The notes beneath the pieces were generated by a model. The model was given only the letters and a program-made list of their open reading frames with translations, ran no database searches and was not told the DNA's origin. Positions 37,132 to 47,434 of a DNA stretch of 64,000 nucleotides are shown piece after piece; position 1 is the first letter of the stretch, and each line of letters starts with the position of its first letter. Position numbers and translations under genes: made by a program. Origin of the DNA: a virus; the IMG/VR virus record IMGVR_UViG_3300009159_000067, positions 2,922 to 66,921 of that record; one strand, written 5' to 3'.

Positions 37132-38874
37132 TTGTACAAAGGTATTTATTTTTTATTATATAACAAACTATTTATAAAAAACTCTTTAATTGAAAAAGTG
37201 AAAAATTTTAATGAAACTTATAGTAAAATTAGATTTCTTATTGAATATGATCCAAAAAAAACTTTGCTTGAACAAACAGGCCCCGGAATAACAAGTTTTA
37301 CAAACTCGGAAGATATTACCCCAAAGGAAGAAAAAAAATCTGAATTTTATAAAGAAGGATGTAGTGCACCTGAAAAAGCTATAAAACCTCCTCAAACTAT
37401 GGCGGGAGAGGAAGGAATGATTCCTGGTTTTTGTTATTATCCTGTTGCTACATGGGGGGATGAAAAAAAAGTCGGTAGCATAAGTGGAATTTATTTGCCA
37501 AACGACGCAAAAATTAGTTTTTGGGATGGTATTAAAACATATAATGATGGTCTTGAGGCTACCTTTAAAAGTAATAGTTGGAAAAAACTATCAGCAACTT
37601 TTGATGGAGTTATCGAAAATCTTACAGATACATTTCCTTTAGGAACGGTATATAGCTTTAAATGGGGAGGATCAACATATCTTCCAAATGTTAGTTACAG
37701 TCCATATAAAGTTACAAATGGAAAATTCGATAGATTTTATTTTACAGGATTTTTCAATCAAGATAATGTACCCTATGAACCACCAACAATAGGCGATGAT
37801 AGAAAACAATATCAAAAGTTTATTGATGAGTGGGGTAGTGTTTTACAATGGACCACAGTTATTGTTACAGCAATAGGAGGATTATTTTGTGAAGGTTGTA
37901 CCTTACCTTTAGCATCTGAATTGGCGTTGGAATTTGGTATAGGAACTGCTGTTGGTATTAGAGAAATACAAAAAGGTAATGATGTTTCTGGCGTTTTTTC
38001 TATCATTACTGGATTATTACCTGCTTTAAAAAGTTTTCCGGCTTTCAGAGGTATTGACCCTAAATGGGCAAATACTTTATCAGAAAAATTTGCAAAATCT
38101 GGACTAAATTCTGGTTCAAAATTTTCTCAATATGTTAGTTTTTATAATAAACTAAACAAACCAGAAAGAGAAATTATGGCTAAGATGTTTAGAAGTGGAG
38201 ATTATTACACAAAAAAAGAAATTCTTGAAGTTTTATCAAATGAAGTAAAAGAAAGATTACCAAATTTATTAGAAAAAGGATTTTTAGAAATGTGGAGAAA
38301 AAAACCAAAATTATTCAAATCGATACCGGTTTTTGAAAGATTGTGGGTGAGGGAATTGTCAACAAATGCGGCGGTAGGAACTGCAGGATATCTTATTAAT
38401 TACAATTACCCCCAATTAAATTCCGCACAAAAAGAAGGATTAACTGAAGAAATGATAGATAAATTAGATAATATATATTATGTAATACCTGAAAACACAC
38501 AAAAATTATTGTCCCTTAATCTTTTATCAAATCCAGAATTCGCACAGCAAATAATAAATGATCCTGAATTTAAAAAAAGCATTGAGTTTGGTAAGAATTA
38601 TGTTGGAGAAAAAGGAGATAATGTTTCTAAAGGATTGATAAGTTATTTCCAAAATAAAATTACGGATTCGGTTAAAAACAATGGAGGAAAACCTATAGTT
38701 TTTGAAGAAAGTTGGTTTGAAAGTGATAAAATGGATGAAAAACAATTAATCGAATTAAAAAATCAAGGATATGTAGAAAAAGATTCTGTTCCTTTTGGGA
38801 CAAAATATTCTGACATAAAATGGATTAATGATATTTATTGGATAAAACCAACACAAAAGGAAAACAAAAATTAA
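37132..38874 (+). CDS. Large leader-bearing protein with hydrophobic hairpin (start uncertain, possibly GTG 37198)
   Basis: IEYDPKKTLLEQ; Gly/Ala-rich hydrophobic stretch around aa 235-300. Confidence 0.7.
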   Translation: MYKGIYFLLYNKLFIKNSLIEKVKNFNETYSKIRFLIEYDPKKTLLEQTGPGITSFTNSEDITPKEEKKSEFYKEGCSAPEKAIKPPQTMAGEEGMIPGFCYYPVATWGDEKKVGSISGIYLPNDAKISFWDGIKTYNDGLEATFKSNSWKKLSATFDGVIENLTDTFPLGTVYSFKWGGSTYLPNVSYSPYKVTNGKFDRFYFTGFFNQDNVPYEPPTIGDDRKQYQKFIDEWGSVLQWTTVIVTAIGGLFCEGCTLPLASELALEFGIGTAVGIREIQKGNDVSGVFSIITGLLPALKSFPAFRGIDPKWANTLSEKFAKSGLNSGSKFSQYVSFYNKLNKPEREIMAKMFRSGDYYTKKEILEVLSNEVKERLPNLLEKGFLEMWRKKPKLFKSIPVFERLWVRELSTNAAVGTAGYLINYNYPQLNSAQKEGLTEEMIDKLDNIYYVIPENTQKLLSLNLLSNPEFAQQIINDPEFKKSIEFGKNYVGEKGDNVSKGLISYFQNKITDSVKNNGGKPIVFEESWFESDKMDEKQLIELKNQGYVEKDSVPFGTKYSDIKWINDIYWIKPTQKENKN

Positions 38875-38879
38875 TAAAA

Positions 38880-40712
38880 ATGGAAAAAAAATTAATATTA
38901 GAGGTTGAAAGAATACTTGAAATAATGGGAGTTGATCCTTCTAACAACCTTATTGTTGAGCAAAACATATTCCAAAAAGTTTTAAGTTGGGCGGAAAAAG
39001 AGTTAGTAGCTAATAGGAGAAATATACCGGGTGTTTTGGATCAAGTAGCAATTAAAGGTAGAAAAGTGTCAAAAGTTATGTATGAAAAAATTCTTAAAGC
39101 GTTAAGGGGTCAAATTAAATTTTCAGATTTATCAGGAAGGGAATCATACGGTTTAGGTCAATTACTTGGAGAATTTGCAGATCAATCATCAAGTTTATAT
39201 AAACAAGAAATAAGAAAAACCTTAAAAGAGTTAGAATTAACAGAAAAAGAATTAGTAGAAAAAATAAAAAATGAAATTGATCAAAATGGTGGAGATGTTA
39301 GAAAGGCACTGAGGAAAATGTTTCAAGATCCCGAAGACCCAACCGGAAATAGTGGAGAATTTTTAGCCGGATTGATGGAAATTAAAGTAGCTAAAAGAAT
39401 CGATGATTTAAATTCTGGTAAATTTAGTGATGAAATATTTATTCCTGAAAATAAATGGAAAATATTAGGAAAAAATTTGGAACCTACTTTTGTTAAGGCG
39501 TTTAGAGAAATCTTTATTAAATATTATAAAAAATCACAAGATGATTTAGAAAAGGAAATTGTTAGAAGATTAGATTTAATTGAAGAAAAATTAACAAGAA
39601 TTTCTCCCGATGGAAAAGTCAGACCAAAAAATATAAAAACTGATATGAGAGAATTGTTTAATATTATTGCCGCATGGAAAAAAAGTGCTGACGATGATAT
39701 AGAAGAATTATTAAATTTACACATTTGGAATAATACAAAAATTCCTGAAAAAGTTAAAAACACATTAAAAAAGGCAGGGTATGTCAAAGAATTTATGAGT
39801 CATATTGATGAAGAAATTAATCGATCTGCTGGAAGTATATTTATGAATGCATTAACTGCACATGGTAAAGCAATACCTCTTTTGTCTGGAATAATCAAAT
39901 CTGTTGAAAAGGACGGATATAAATATTTAAGTGGTTTGGCCAAAGATGTTGGTGAAAATTTTTTAAGGATATTTAATTATATTGCAATAAAAACACCTCA
40001 ATTTCCATCTGAAATATTATCAAACGCAATAAGATCAGGAAGAAATGCAACATTAGTTGAAAAGGTACTTGGTTTTATTTTTATTCATAATGTTGCACTC
40101 CCTTGGGCGATTGCCAGTTTAGAGGCTATATATACAAATACAGAAATAAATAAATTTAATGATCAAATTGCTGTAATAGAAGAATTATGTGCCGCAGGAC
40201 AACTAGAAAATTGTCCTTCTGCAGAAGAAATAGCAAAATTAAAAAACTATACTAAAGAACAATTTAATCAAAATTGGAAAGAACATGCTCCTTTATATAA
40301 ATTGTTTTATGGAACCAATAAGGAACATAAGTTTTCGGATTTATTGTTTTTTACTTATTTAGACGAGGTTTATGAGTTTGGAGATAAACTTTATACATCA
40401 GAAGCTTTTGAGAAAGGTGATTACTTGGAAAACGAAATAAATAAATTAAAAGGATATCAATTAGAAGTTGATACTTGGTTAAAATCTCATGGAATTGATC
40501 CACAAGATAAAAACAAATTAGAAGAATTGAAAAATGTGGCAAATAAACAGTATAAGAATAATGAACAAAATTTTAAGCAATATTTAATTGATCAAGGTGG
40601 GTATAGTGAAGAAAAAGTTAATTCCGCTCAAAATTTGAAAGTTGGAGAAGATTATAATTTTGACGGAACAACATATCAATTTGAGCAAGGGACTTTTACT
40701 TTAAAAAAATAA
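38880..40712 (+). CDS. Large helical leader-bearing protein
   Basis: LILEVERILEIMG..LIVEQ; one hydrophobic segment. Confidence 0.7.
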   Translation: MEKKLILEVERILEIMGVDPSNNLIVEQNIFQKVLSWAEKELVANRRNIPGVLDQVAIKGRKVSKVMYEKILKALRGQIKFSDLSGRESYGLGQLLGEFADQSSSLYKQEIRKTLKELELTEKELVEKIKNEIDQNGGDVRKALRKMFQDPEDPTGNSGEFLAGLMEIKVAKRIDDLNSGKFSDEIFIPENKWKILGKNLEPTFVKAFREIFIKYYKKSQDDLEKEIVRRLDLIEEKLTRISPDGKVRPKNIKTDMRELFNIIAAWKKSADDDIEELLNLHIWNNTKIPEKVKNTLKKAGYVKEFMSHIDEEINRSAGSIFMNALTAHGKAIPLLSGIIKSVEKDGYKYLSGLAKDVGENFLRIFNYIAIKTPQFPSEILSNAIRSGRNATLVEKVLGFIFIHNVALPWAIASLEAIYTNTEINKFNDQIAVIEELCAAGQLENCPSAEEIAKLKNYTKEQFNQNWKEHAPLYKLFYGTNKEHKFSDLLFFTYLDEVYEFGDKLYTSEAFEKGDYLENEINKLKGYQLEVDTWLKSHGIDPQDKNKLEELKNVANKQYKNNEQNFKQYLIDQGGYSEEKVNSAQNLKVGEDYNFDGTTYQFEQGTFTLKK

Positions 40713-40722
40713 AAAAGGTATT

Positions 40723-41673
40723 ATGAAAAAAATTAATTTTAGAAAATATTTGTTAGAACAAAGTGAATGGAAAGAACTCACACCTGAAGAAAAAGAAAAT
40801 GTGAAAGCTTATGCCGATGCCAGAGTTATTAGATATTTTAAAGAATTAAGTCCTGCCTACGAAGTAAGAAAAAATGGAAAATGGAAAGATGATAACGGGA
40901 TAACTAGAGATAAATGGGAAAAAAAATTAAAAGGGTCAACTCCGCCTCCCACGCCTCCACCACCTGCCCCTGCAAGTGAAGAGTATTCATGTATAAACAA
41001 TTATAATAAAGCTAAAAATTTTGATCCATTAACTGCGTTATTTGATCCATTAACTGCGTTAAGTGATCCTAATTTTGCAAAAGAAGAAGCAGAAGATTAT
41101 AATAATAGAAAAAGTATTTATTTTTATATTCCAGGTAAAAAAATATTTCATCTTTATGATGATGAAAATAAAGAAGTAATAAAAAAAGGGACTTGGGAAT
41201 GTTCAGGTAATGATTCATATACGGTAAAATGGGAAGATGGAAATATAAATTCATATGGAAATGCAGGTAGTTCTGGATCTTCAGGAACTGCAGGTAGTTC
41301 TGGAACATCAGCAAGTTTATATAAACAAGTTAATTTTACTGGTGAAGACATACTTAATAACAACGCCGAAATTAAAAAATTTATGAGAGGTGGAATTGTT
41401 AGAAAAATTCAAGATTATTTAAAAAAACTTGGATTTGGAAATGTTTCAAAAAGCGGAAGATCTGACGGTGATTATGGAGAATTAACAAAAAAGGCAGTTG
41501 AAGATTATCAAGCAAGCACAAACGGACAATTGGTAGATGATGGAATTGTGGGTGATAAAACTTGGACAAAAATGGTTGAAGATATTCTTAAAAAAGAAAA
41601 AAAGGTACCACAAGAAATTGATGTCTCTGATGAGATATCAGTTGATGATGAAGTAAATAATATTGATTATTAA
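40723..41673 (+). CDS. Leader-bearing protein with C-terminal peptidoglycan-binding domain
   Basis: VRKIQDYL..LG...DGDYG..TKKAV..YQ....DGIVGDKTW. Confidence 0.75.
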   Translation: MKKINFRKYLLEQSEWKELTPEEKENVKAYADARVIRYFKELSPAYEVRKNGKWKDDNGITRDKWEKKLKGSTPPPTPPPPAPASEEYSCINNYNKAKNFDPLTALFDPLTALSDPNFAKEEAEDYNNRKSIYFYIPGKKIFHLYDDENKEVIKKGTWECSGNDSYTVKWEDGNINSYGNAGSSGSSGTAGSSGTSASLYKQVNFTGEDILNNNAEIKKFMRGGIVRKIQDYLKKLGFGNVSKSGRSDGDYGELTKKAVEDYQASTNGQLVDDGIVGDKTWTKMVEDILKKEKKVPQEIDVSDEISVDDEVNNIDY

Positions 41674-41683
41674 AAATAGAATT

Positions 41684-42781
41684 ATGAAGAAAATAACAAT
41701 TATAGAATCAAAAGAAATAGAAAGAATTTTAAAATTGCACGATAAAGAAAAAAATGCAAAAAATAAAATTATTTTAGAACAAGCTCAATACAAAAGTAAG
41801 GCGGAACTTACTAAATTCTTTACAGATGCAAAAAACGCAGGTTGTTTAACTGATCCAAATTTGGATTTTGCCAATTTCAAAAGAATTGAAGGAGAACCTG
41901 GATCATATATTAAAGCAATTTCAAAAACAACAGGAAATGTTAAAAGAGTTTATGATGATTATACTTGGAAAGTAGTAAATCCTGAAGGAAAAGTTATAAA
42001 ATCTGGAACTTGGAAATGTGATGCAAAACCACAAACTACGATCGGTTCGGTTGCAAATTCTGAAACTGATGTTGCAGATGTTGCAGCAAAATTATCAGAA
42101 TATAAGAGATCAGGGTATCAAGAGTATAAAGATGTTGTACAAAAAACAAAAGCTGATGATCCTAAATTTTATCAAGTAATTGCATTTAAAGGTGTGGAAA
42201 ATGACAAATTATATAGACCATTGTATAGTACGAATACTGTTGGAAAACTTGAAACTTGGCCAGTGGATTCTGAACAAAGAAAAGTTTTAGATGCCTTAAA
42301 GGGACAAGGTTATGTAATTGACCCAAGTCAAGCTGATCGTATGAGAGGTGTTTTGAAACCATATAATCCACCAGTAGATGCAAGTTTATTTCCAAACGGA
42401 TTAACAGTTTATACAGATGTTAGACAAGGATCACAATCAAATGTTTCAGATTCACAACAAACATTACAATCAAGCATTGTCGGAGCTGAAAATTGTGAAA
42501 AAAATGTTCAATTATATTGGGATTCTTATAAAAACAACATTCCGTCAAGCGGATCAGATTTTGATAATTTAAAAAATGTTGTTCAGGCATGTGCAAACCA
42601 AAATATGTATAGATGGAAAAATATTGGAGGAGTTCTTGGTATTGGTGGAGGTGCAAGACATCTTGACAACATTCTTGAAGTAATGACCAACAAACGTAAT
42701 GAATATGAAAAAACGAGACTTCCTGGTAATGGTACTCCTTGGGCATTAAATGCACCAAGAAGACAAGGAAGAGGAAGATAA
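41684..42781 (+). CDS. Leader-bearing hypothetical protein
   Basis: EIERILKLH..ILEQ; KVIKSGTWKC resembles VIKKGTWEC of the upstream gene. Confidence 0.7.
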   Translation: MKKITIIESKEIERILKLHDKEKNAKNKIILEQAQYKSKAELTKFFTDAKNAGCLTDPNLDFANFKRIEGEPGSYIKAISKTTGNVKRVYDDYTWKVVNPEGKVIKSGTWKCDAKPQTTIGSVANSETDVADVAAKLSEYKRSGYQEYKDVVQKTKADDPKFYQVIAFKGVENDKLYRPLYSTNTVGKLETWPVDSEQRKVLDALKGQGYVIDPSQADRMRGVLKPYNPPVDASLFPNGLTVYTDVRQGSQSNVSDSQQTLQSSIVGAENCEKNVQLYWDSYKNNIPSSGSDFDNLKNVVQACANQNMYRWKNIGGVLGIGGGARHLDNILEVMTNKRNEYEKTRLPGNGTPWALNAPRRQGRGR

Positions 42782-42949
42782 AAACCAAATGGTTCGATTA
42801 CTCTAAATAAGAGTATAAATTTTAAAACAAAAAAGGGGGTGTTCTAAAATTAAAAAAGAAGGGTTATTTACCCTTCTTTTTTTTATAAAAAAACTAAACC
42901 ACCCGAATAATAACTATGAAGTTTTAAATATATTCATATATTTATTGTT

Positions 42950-43666
42950 ATGGAAAAAACTTTTATTTATGGATTAGTAAGTAAAACAAATCCGAATGTT
43001 ATTAGATATATTGGTAAAGCGGATGATCCTGAGAATAGAAAAAAAAGACATATACATAACACAAAGTATAATTCAAAAATCAATAAAAAATTGACTCACA
43101 AAGATTATTGGATTATAAATGAAAATTATGAAATTGATTATGTTATTTTAGATGTATGTAATAAAAATGAATGGCAAGAAAAAGAAAAATATTATTTATC
43201 CAAATTTGATGATTTAACAAATACTTCTGAAGGAGGGATGGGAGGATCTGGTATTATATATTCAATGACTTATGATGAAACTAAAAAATGGGTCAAATTA
43301 AATTTAAATACTGCTTCGAAAAGTAATTGGTATCAAAATATAAAAAATCTTCCTGATTTTATACCGTCAAATCCTAGAGAAGTTTATTTAAAAAAAGGGT
43401 GGATTAGTTGGGGTGATTTTTTGGGGACAAATAAGGTTTGGGATAATTTAGTCACTTATTTTCCATACGAAGAATCAAAAAAAATAATAAAAAAATTATT
43501 CATTAGTTCGGGTGCTGAATACAAAAAATTGGCCAAAGAAAAAAAAATACCAAATGGTGTTCCTAACAGACCTGAAAGATACTACAAAAAAAGAGGATGG
43601 ATTAGTTGGGGTGATTTCTTAGGGACAGGAAGAATAGCAAATCAATATAAAAAAAGGTCAGATTAA
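42950..43666 (+). CDS. GIY-YIG homing-type endonuclease with integrase-repeat-like units
   Basis: FIYGL...RYIGKA..P..R..H; (I/V)PxxPxxxYxxxGWISWGDFLGT twice. Confidence 0.8.
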   Translation: MEKTFIYGLVSKTNPNVIRYIGKADDPENRKKRHIHNTKYNSKINKKLTHKDYWIINENYEIDYVILDVCNKNEWQEKEKYYLSKFDDLTNTSEGGMGGSGIIYSMTYDETKKWVKLNLNTASKSNWYQNIKNLPDFIPSNPREVYLKKGWISWGDFLGTNKVWDNLVTYFPYEESKKIIKKLFISSGAEYKKLAKEKKIPNGVPNRPERYYKKRGWISWGDFLGTGRIANQYKKRSD

Positions 43667-43683
43667 TTCTGACCTTTTTTTAT

Positions 43684-44355
43684 TTATTTCCTCTTTATGA
43701 TAATTTCATCAATCAGTCCGTAATCTAAAGTTTCTTGAGATGAAAACCAAAGATCTCTATTGGCGTCAATTTTTATTTGATCCGATGATTTTCCACAATA
43801 TTCGCCAAGGAGATTAAATATTGTATCATTGATTTTTGTCCATTCCTCAAAGTTTACTTTCGCATCTGCATAAGTCCCTTGAAATCCTGACGATGATTGG
43901 TGTATCATTGTTCTCGAAAATTTTAAAGAACTTCGTTTTTCTTTTGTACCTGATCCTAAAAGAACTGCACCCATTGACGCACACATACCAACATTTATTG
44001 TTCTAACATCGCATTTAATATAATTGATAACATCAATCATACTCAATCCAGATTTAATACTTCCACCACCAGTATCTAAATGTATTGTAATATCTGTTTT
44101 ATCTGTATTATCTAAAAACATCAATTGAGCTTGAACTACGGTAGACATTCCATCATCTACCGGCCCTGCAGCCCATAAAATTCTATCTCTGAGTAATCTT
44201 GAGAAAATATCCATTTGGGTTACCCTCATTTCTCTTTCTTCCAAAATATATGGAGTCATAGACGATTCAATTTGCTTACCATAATAATCTAAATTAGAAG
44301 ATGGTTTGCCCAAATGTTTAACAAAATAATTCTGAAAATCTTGTCCTACTGTCAT
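43684..44355 (-). CDS. clpP: ATP-dependent Clp protease proteolytic subunit
   Basis: DIFSRLLRDRI, VQAQLMFL, CASMG (catalytic Ser), MIHQ (His), RDLWFS..YGLIDEI. Confidence 0.95.
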   Translation of the reverse strand: MTVGQDFQNYFVKHLGKPSSNLDYYGKQIESSMTPYILEEREMRVTQMDIFSRLLRDRILWAAGPVDDGMSTVVQAQLMFLDNTDKTDITIHLDTGGGSIKSGLSMIDVINYIKCDVRTINVGMCASMGAVLLGSGTKEKRSSLKFSRTMIHQSSSGFQGTYADAKVNFEEWTKINDTIFNLLGEYCGKSSDQIKIDANRDLWFSSQETLDYGLIDEIIIKRK

Positions 44356-44390
44356 AATATATGTTTTTTACAAAAGTAATAAATCAATTT

Positions 44391-44876
44391 TTAATAAACA
44401 AAAGAATTTTGAAAATCATTCCAAATATTTTGGATTGTTATGTTTTCATTGATCAATGTCGGAGCAAATGGAGTATGTCTCATTTTCATTTTTGCTTCTT
44501 CAGGAGTTCGATCTCTTTTTTTCAAATTACATTTAAAACAAGAAGTAACCAAATTCATCCAATTATTTTTTCCACCTTTTGATTTTGGAATAACATGATC
44601 TAATGTTAGATCCTTTTTTGATCCGCAATATATACATTCATGTCCATCTCGTTTGTAGATCCTATTACGGTTTGCACGAAGGGTTCTTGTATGATATTTG
44701 ATATAGTTTAATAACCTTATGATTACAGGTCTTACATAGGTCTTAAAACCACATACAATAGGGTTCTCATCAGACTTAACAATCTCGGCTTTACCTTTAT
44801 CAACTAATATGAATCCCCGCCGATATGTAGTTACATTTAGGGGTGTATAATCAAAATTTAGAACTAATACTCCCAT
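44391..44876 (-). CDS. HNH endonuclease (McrA-like)
   Basis: VLVLN.DY.PL, RD.H.C.YCG, TLDHVIP.S.GG...W.NLV..C..CN..K. Confidence 0.9.
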   Translation of the reverse strand: MGVLVLNFDYTPLNVTTYRRGFILVDKGKAEIVKSDENPIVCGFKTYVRPVIIRLLNYIKYHTRTLRANRNRIYKRDGHECIYCGSKKDLTLDHVIPKSKGGKNNWMNLVTSCFKCNLKKRDRTPEEAKMKMRHTPFAPTLINENITIQNIWNDFQNSFVY

Positions 44877-45132
44877 TTAAACAATTTTTACAAAAATAGG
44901 TTATTTTTTCATATAAAAAAAGGGTCAAATTTTTGACCCTTTTTAATATACTAACAATTTAGTAATAGTTTATGGTTCGAGATTTTCCAAGTCTCATTAC
45001 ATCCGAATTCTCATATTTTTTCGTAATTCCCAAAAGACACACTATTTTGTCTATATTCATAATAATAAATATCACAAAAAAAATTGGAAAATCCAATTAA
45101 AAATTATTATATTATTACGACAAATATAGTAT

Positions 45133-45612
45133 ATGAAATTAATTTTGTTAAATGTCTTACTTGGTTTAAGTTTTTTATCTTATTCACAACACACTCAACC
45201 AAAACGAGGTGAAAAATGGATAAGAGCAGGATTATTTGTGTCGTCAATTGCATTTGATGCTGTTAGTGATGGACTGTGTGATAATAAACAAAAAATGTTA
45301 TCAAAGTCATTTAAAGTTGCGTCAATAGGAACTTTGTTAGTTGTTCCTTTATTTACAACTATAAATAAAAGAAAAAATTTTGAATATGTACTTGAATTTG
45401 CATTAATGAGATACGCTTTATTTGATGATGTTTATTCGGTAACTCGTGGATATATGCCATTTACCTCATATTCAGGTACGACAAGCGTTCAAGACAAATT
45501 AATACGAAGAGTCCCAACAAGCCTTATAGTGATGAGTAAATTTGTTTCTCTTGGAGTTGCATTTCACATAAATGATCATATTCATCACGATAGAAAGGTT
45601 CGTAAAAAATAA
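45133..45612 (+). CDS. Membrane or secreted hypothetical protein
   Basis: Signal peptide plus hydrophobic helices. Confidence 0.6.
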   Translation: MKLILLNVLLGLSFLSYSQHTQPKRGEKWIRAGLFVSSIAFDAVSDGLCDNKQKMLSKSFKVASIGTLLVVPLFTTINKRKNFEYVLEFALMRYALFDDVYSVTRGYMPFTSYSGTTSVQDKLIRRVPTSLIVMSKFVSLGVAFHINDHIHHDRKVRKK

Positions 45613-45662
45613 ACATTTTTATTTTTTATTTTTTTTTCTTATTTTTGTTAAAATTAAAAATT

Positions 45663-45893
45663 ATGATTTGGTTTATTTACATTGTTAGTATCGCTTATTG
45701 TATATGGAGGATGGCGAAAGGTTATAAAAGAACTTTTGGTTCAGGAAATCCAATTGGTCCGACTCCTGGTCTTGAAACTCTATTTATTATTCCTTTTGCA
45801 CCAATTTTGGCGGCAGTTGATTTAAGTTTAACTTGGATCAGGTTGTATATGAAAGCAGAAGAAACAAGAATAGATAGAGATAAAATTTTTTAA
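45663..45893 (+). CDS. Small membrane protein
   Basis: Two hydrophobic segments. Confidence 0.55.
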   Translation: MIWFIYIVSIAYCIWRMAKGYKRTFGSGNPIGPTPGLETLFIIPFAPILAAVDLSLTWIRLYMKAEETRIDRDKIF

Positions 45894-45894
45894 T

Positions 45895-46248
45895 ATGTCA
45901 CACCCAAATTTGCATGCAAAATCTTCCGCAAAGAAATTTGGTGGAAAACCAGAAGACTATATTCATCTACACGAATGGTTAGATGAAACCAAAAGTTGGT
46001 TTGGAGATTCACTTCACAGGATGTTTAGGCATCATAGTGAAGGGATCTTTGAAATGGAAAAAAGGTTTGGAACAGAATTTAAAAACTCTGATGGGAAAAT
46101 AGTTTATACAAGATATGTTGGTGAGCAACATGTTAAAGAAGATTGTAATAATTATATTCCTTGTGCCAAAGAATGGATAAACAATATATCGGAAAATAAT
46201 AGACCGATGTGGATGTTGAGAACGGTTAAATTAGAGTTCGAAGACTGA
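45895..46248 (+). CDS. DUF6915-like protein
   Basis: HP..HA.SSAKKFGG..EDY..H.W.D..K...HR..RHH..GI...E. Confidence 0.7.
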   Translation: MSHPNLHAKSSAKKFGGKPEDYIHLHEWLDETKSWFGDSLHRMFRHHSEGIFEMEKRFGTEFKNSDGKIVYTRYVGEQHVKEDCNNYIPCAKEWINNISENNRPMWMLRTVKLEFED

Positions 46249-46259
46249 TATTTATATTT

Positions 46260-46961
46260 ATGAAAACATTATTAGATCCAGAAGAAAAAAAATATTTAAG
46301 AGTTATATCAAACTACCTTAACTCATTGGGAATGAGAGAGGGAACAGTTGATTTTGATGTTGATTATGGTGATTTGTTTAGACCAGAAGAGATAAATTGG
46401 AAACAAATAACACATTTTTCAAACAATTATAGAGCAGAAATACCCGACAAATTGATTCCAATTTTTCAAAAAATTTTTCATCTTATATCAAACAGATTTG
46501 ACACTCCAACAGTAGAAAGTATAAATTGGGAAAATATTTCTCTTGAAATCGATACGGAAGAAAAAGTTGTGAGAATTAACCATAATTGGAGTTATACAAC
46601 AGAAGGAGAAACACGAGTAACCGAATGGGATTATACTGAAGATGAAGATGTAGCTAAAATGTTCAAAGATCTTGAAGAAGGAGATCCAAGTTTGGATAAA
46701 ATTTTAACATTAAAATATGACGGTGGTGGAGATAGTGGATATATTGAAGATTTTTTTGATAATGGAGATTCGATTCCTGCCGGTATTGAAGATTGGTGTT
46801 ATGAAAAATTAGAAAGTTTACATGGAGGATGGGAAATCAATGAAGGATCTTTTGGATCTTTTGAATTTGATTTTAATGATAAAAAAATTACCCTTTATCA
46901 TACAGAAAATTATAATGAAGATGAAGGTAATACAATATACGAAGAAAGTTTTGCAAAATAG
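46260..46961 (+). CDS. DUF6878-like protein
   Basis: YDGGGDSGYIE, GWEINEGS.G.F.F. Confidence 0.65.
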   Translation: MKTLLDPEEKKYLRVISNYLNSLGMREGTVDFDVDYGDLFRPEEINWKQITHFSNNYRAEIPDKLIPIFQKIFHLISNRFDTPTVESINWENISLEIDTEEKVVRINHNWSYTTEGETRVTEWDYTEDEDVAKMFKDLEEGDPSLDKILTLKYDGGGDSGYIEDFFDNGDSIPAGIEDWCYEKLESLHGGWEINEGSFGSFEFDFNDKKITLYHTENYNEDEGNTIYEESFAK

Positions 46962-47055
46962 ATAATACTTAACTATGAAAAAAACCTGAACATCGTAAAT
47001 TGAGTTCAGGTTTTTTTGTTTATATAAAATACTATTCGTAAATTTGTAAAACAAT

Positions 47056-47127
47056 GGCCCCGTCGTCTAATGGTTAGGACGCTACCCTTTCACGGTGGAA
47101 ATTTCGGTTCGACTCCGTGCGGGGCTA
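47056..47127 (+). tRNA. tRNA-Glu(TTC)
   Basis: Cloverleaf, anticodon loop CTTTCAC; TAAATTTG promoter 47039-47046. Confidence 0.9.
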
Positions 47128-47132
47128 CAAAT

Positions 47133-47223
47133 GGAGAGATGGCAGAGTTGGTCTATCGCGCTTGACTTGAAATCAAGAGATCTTGAAAGGGATCCGTGGG
47201 TTCGAATCCTACTCTCTCCGCCA
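47133..47223 (+). tRNA. tRNA-Ser(TGA)
   Basis: Class II cloverleaf, loop CTTGAAA, G73, encoded CCA. Confidence 0.93.
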
Positions 47224-47226
47224 AAT

Positions 47227-47298
47227 GGTGACTGTGGTGTAATGGTTAGCACGAATGATTGTGGTTCATTTAGTCAGGGTTCGAGTCCCGCTGTCACA
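47227..47298 (+). tRNA. tRNA-His(GTG), slightly degenerate
   Basis: G-1, loop TTGTGGT; T-stem bulge; A instead of C at position 73. Confidence 0.75.
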
Positions 47299-47434
47299 CA
47301 AATAAAATTTAATGTTATGGTAGTATTATTGATTGTATTAGTTAGTTTTTTGATAGCAATACCTTTGGCCAAAGAAATGGCAGAAGTTTATGGAGACGAT
47401 GACCCATTTACTAATTGGAGAAAAAAAGATTAAT

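Noticed and set aside
41020-41061. 21-bp tandem duplication (FDPLTAL twice)
   Set aside because: In-frame local duplication with no evidence of function.
47095-47316. 5' part of ORF 47095..47433, and ORF 48066..48350
   Set aside because: They overlap tRNA genes; only the short ORF from 47317 is plausible.
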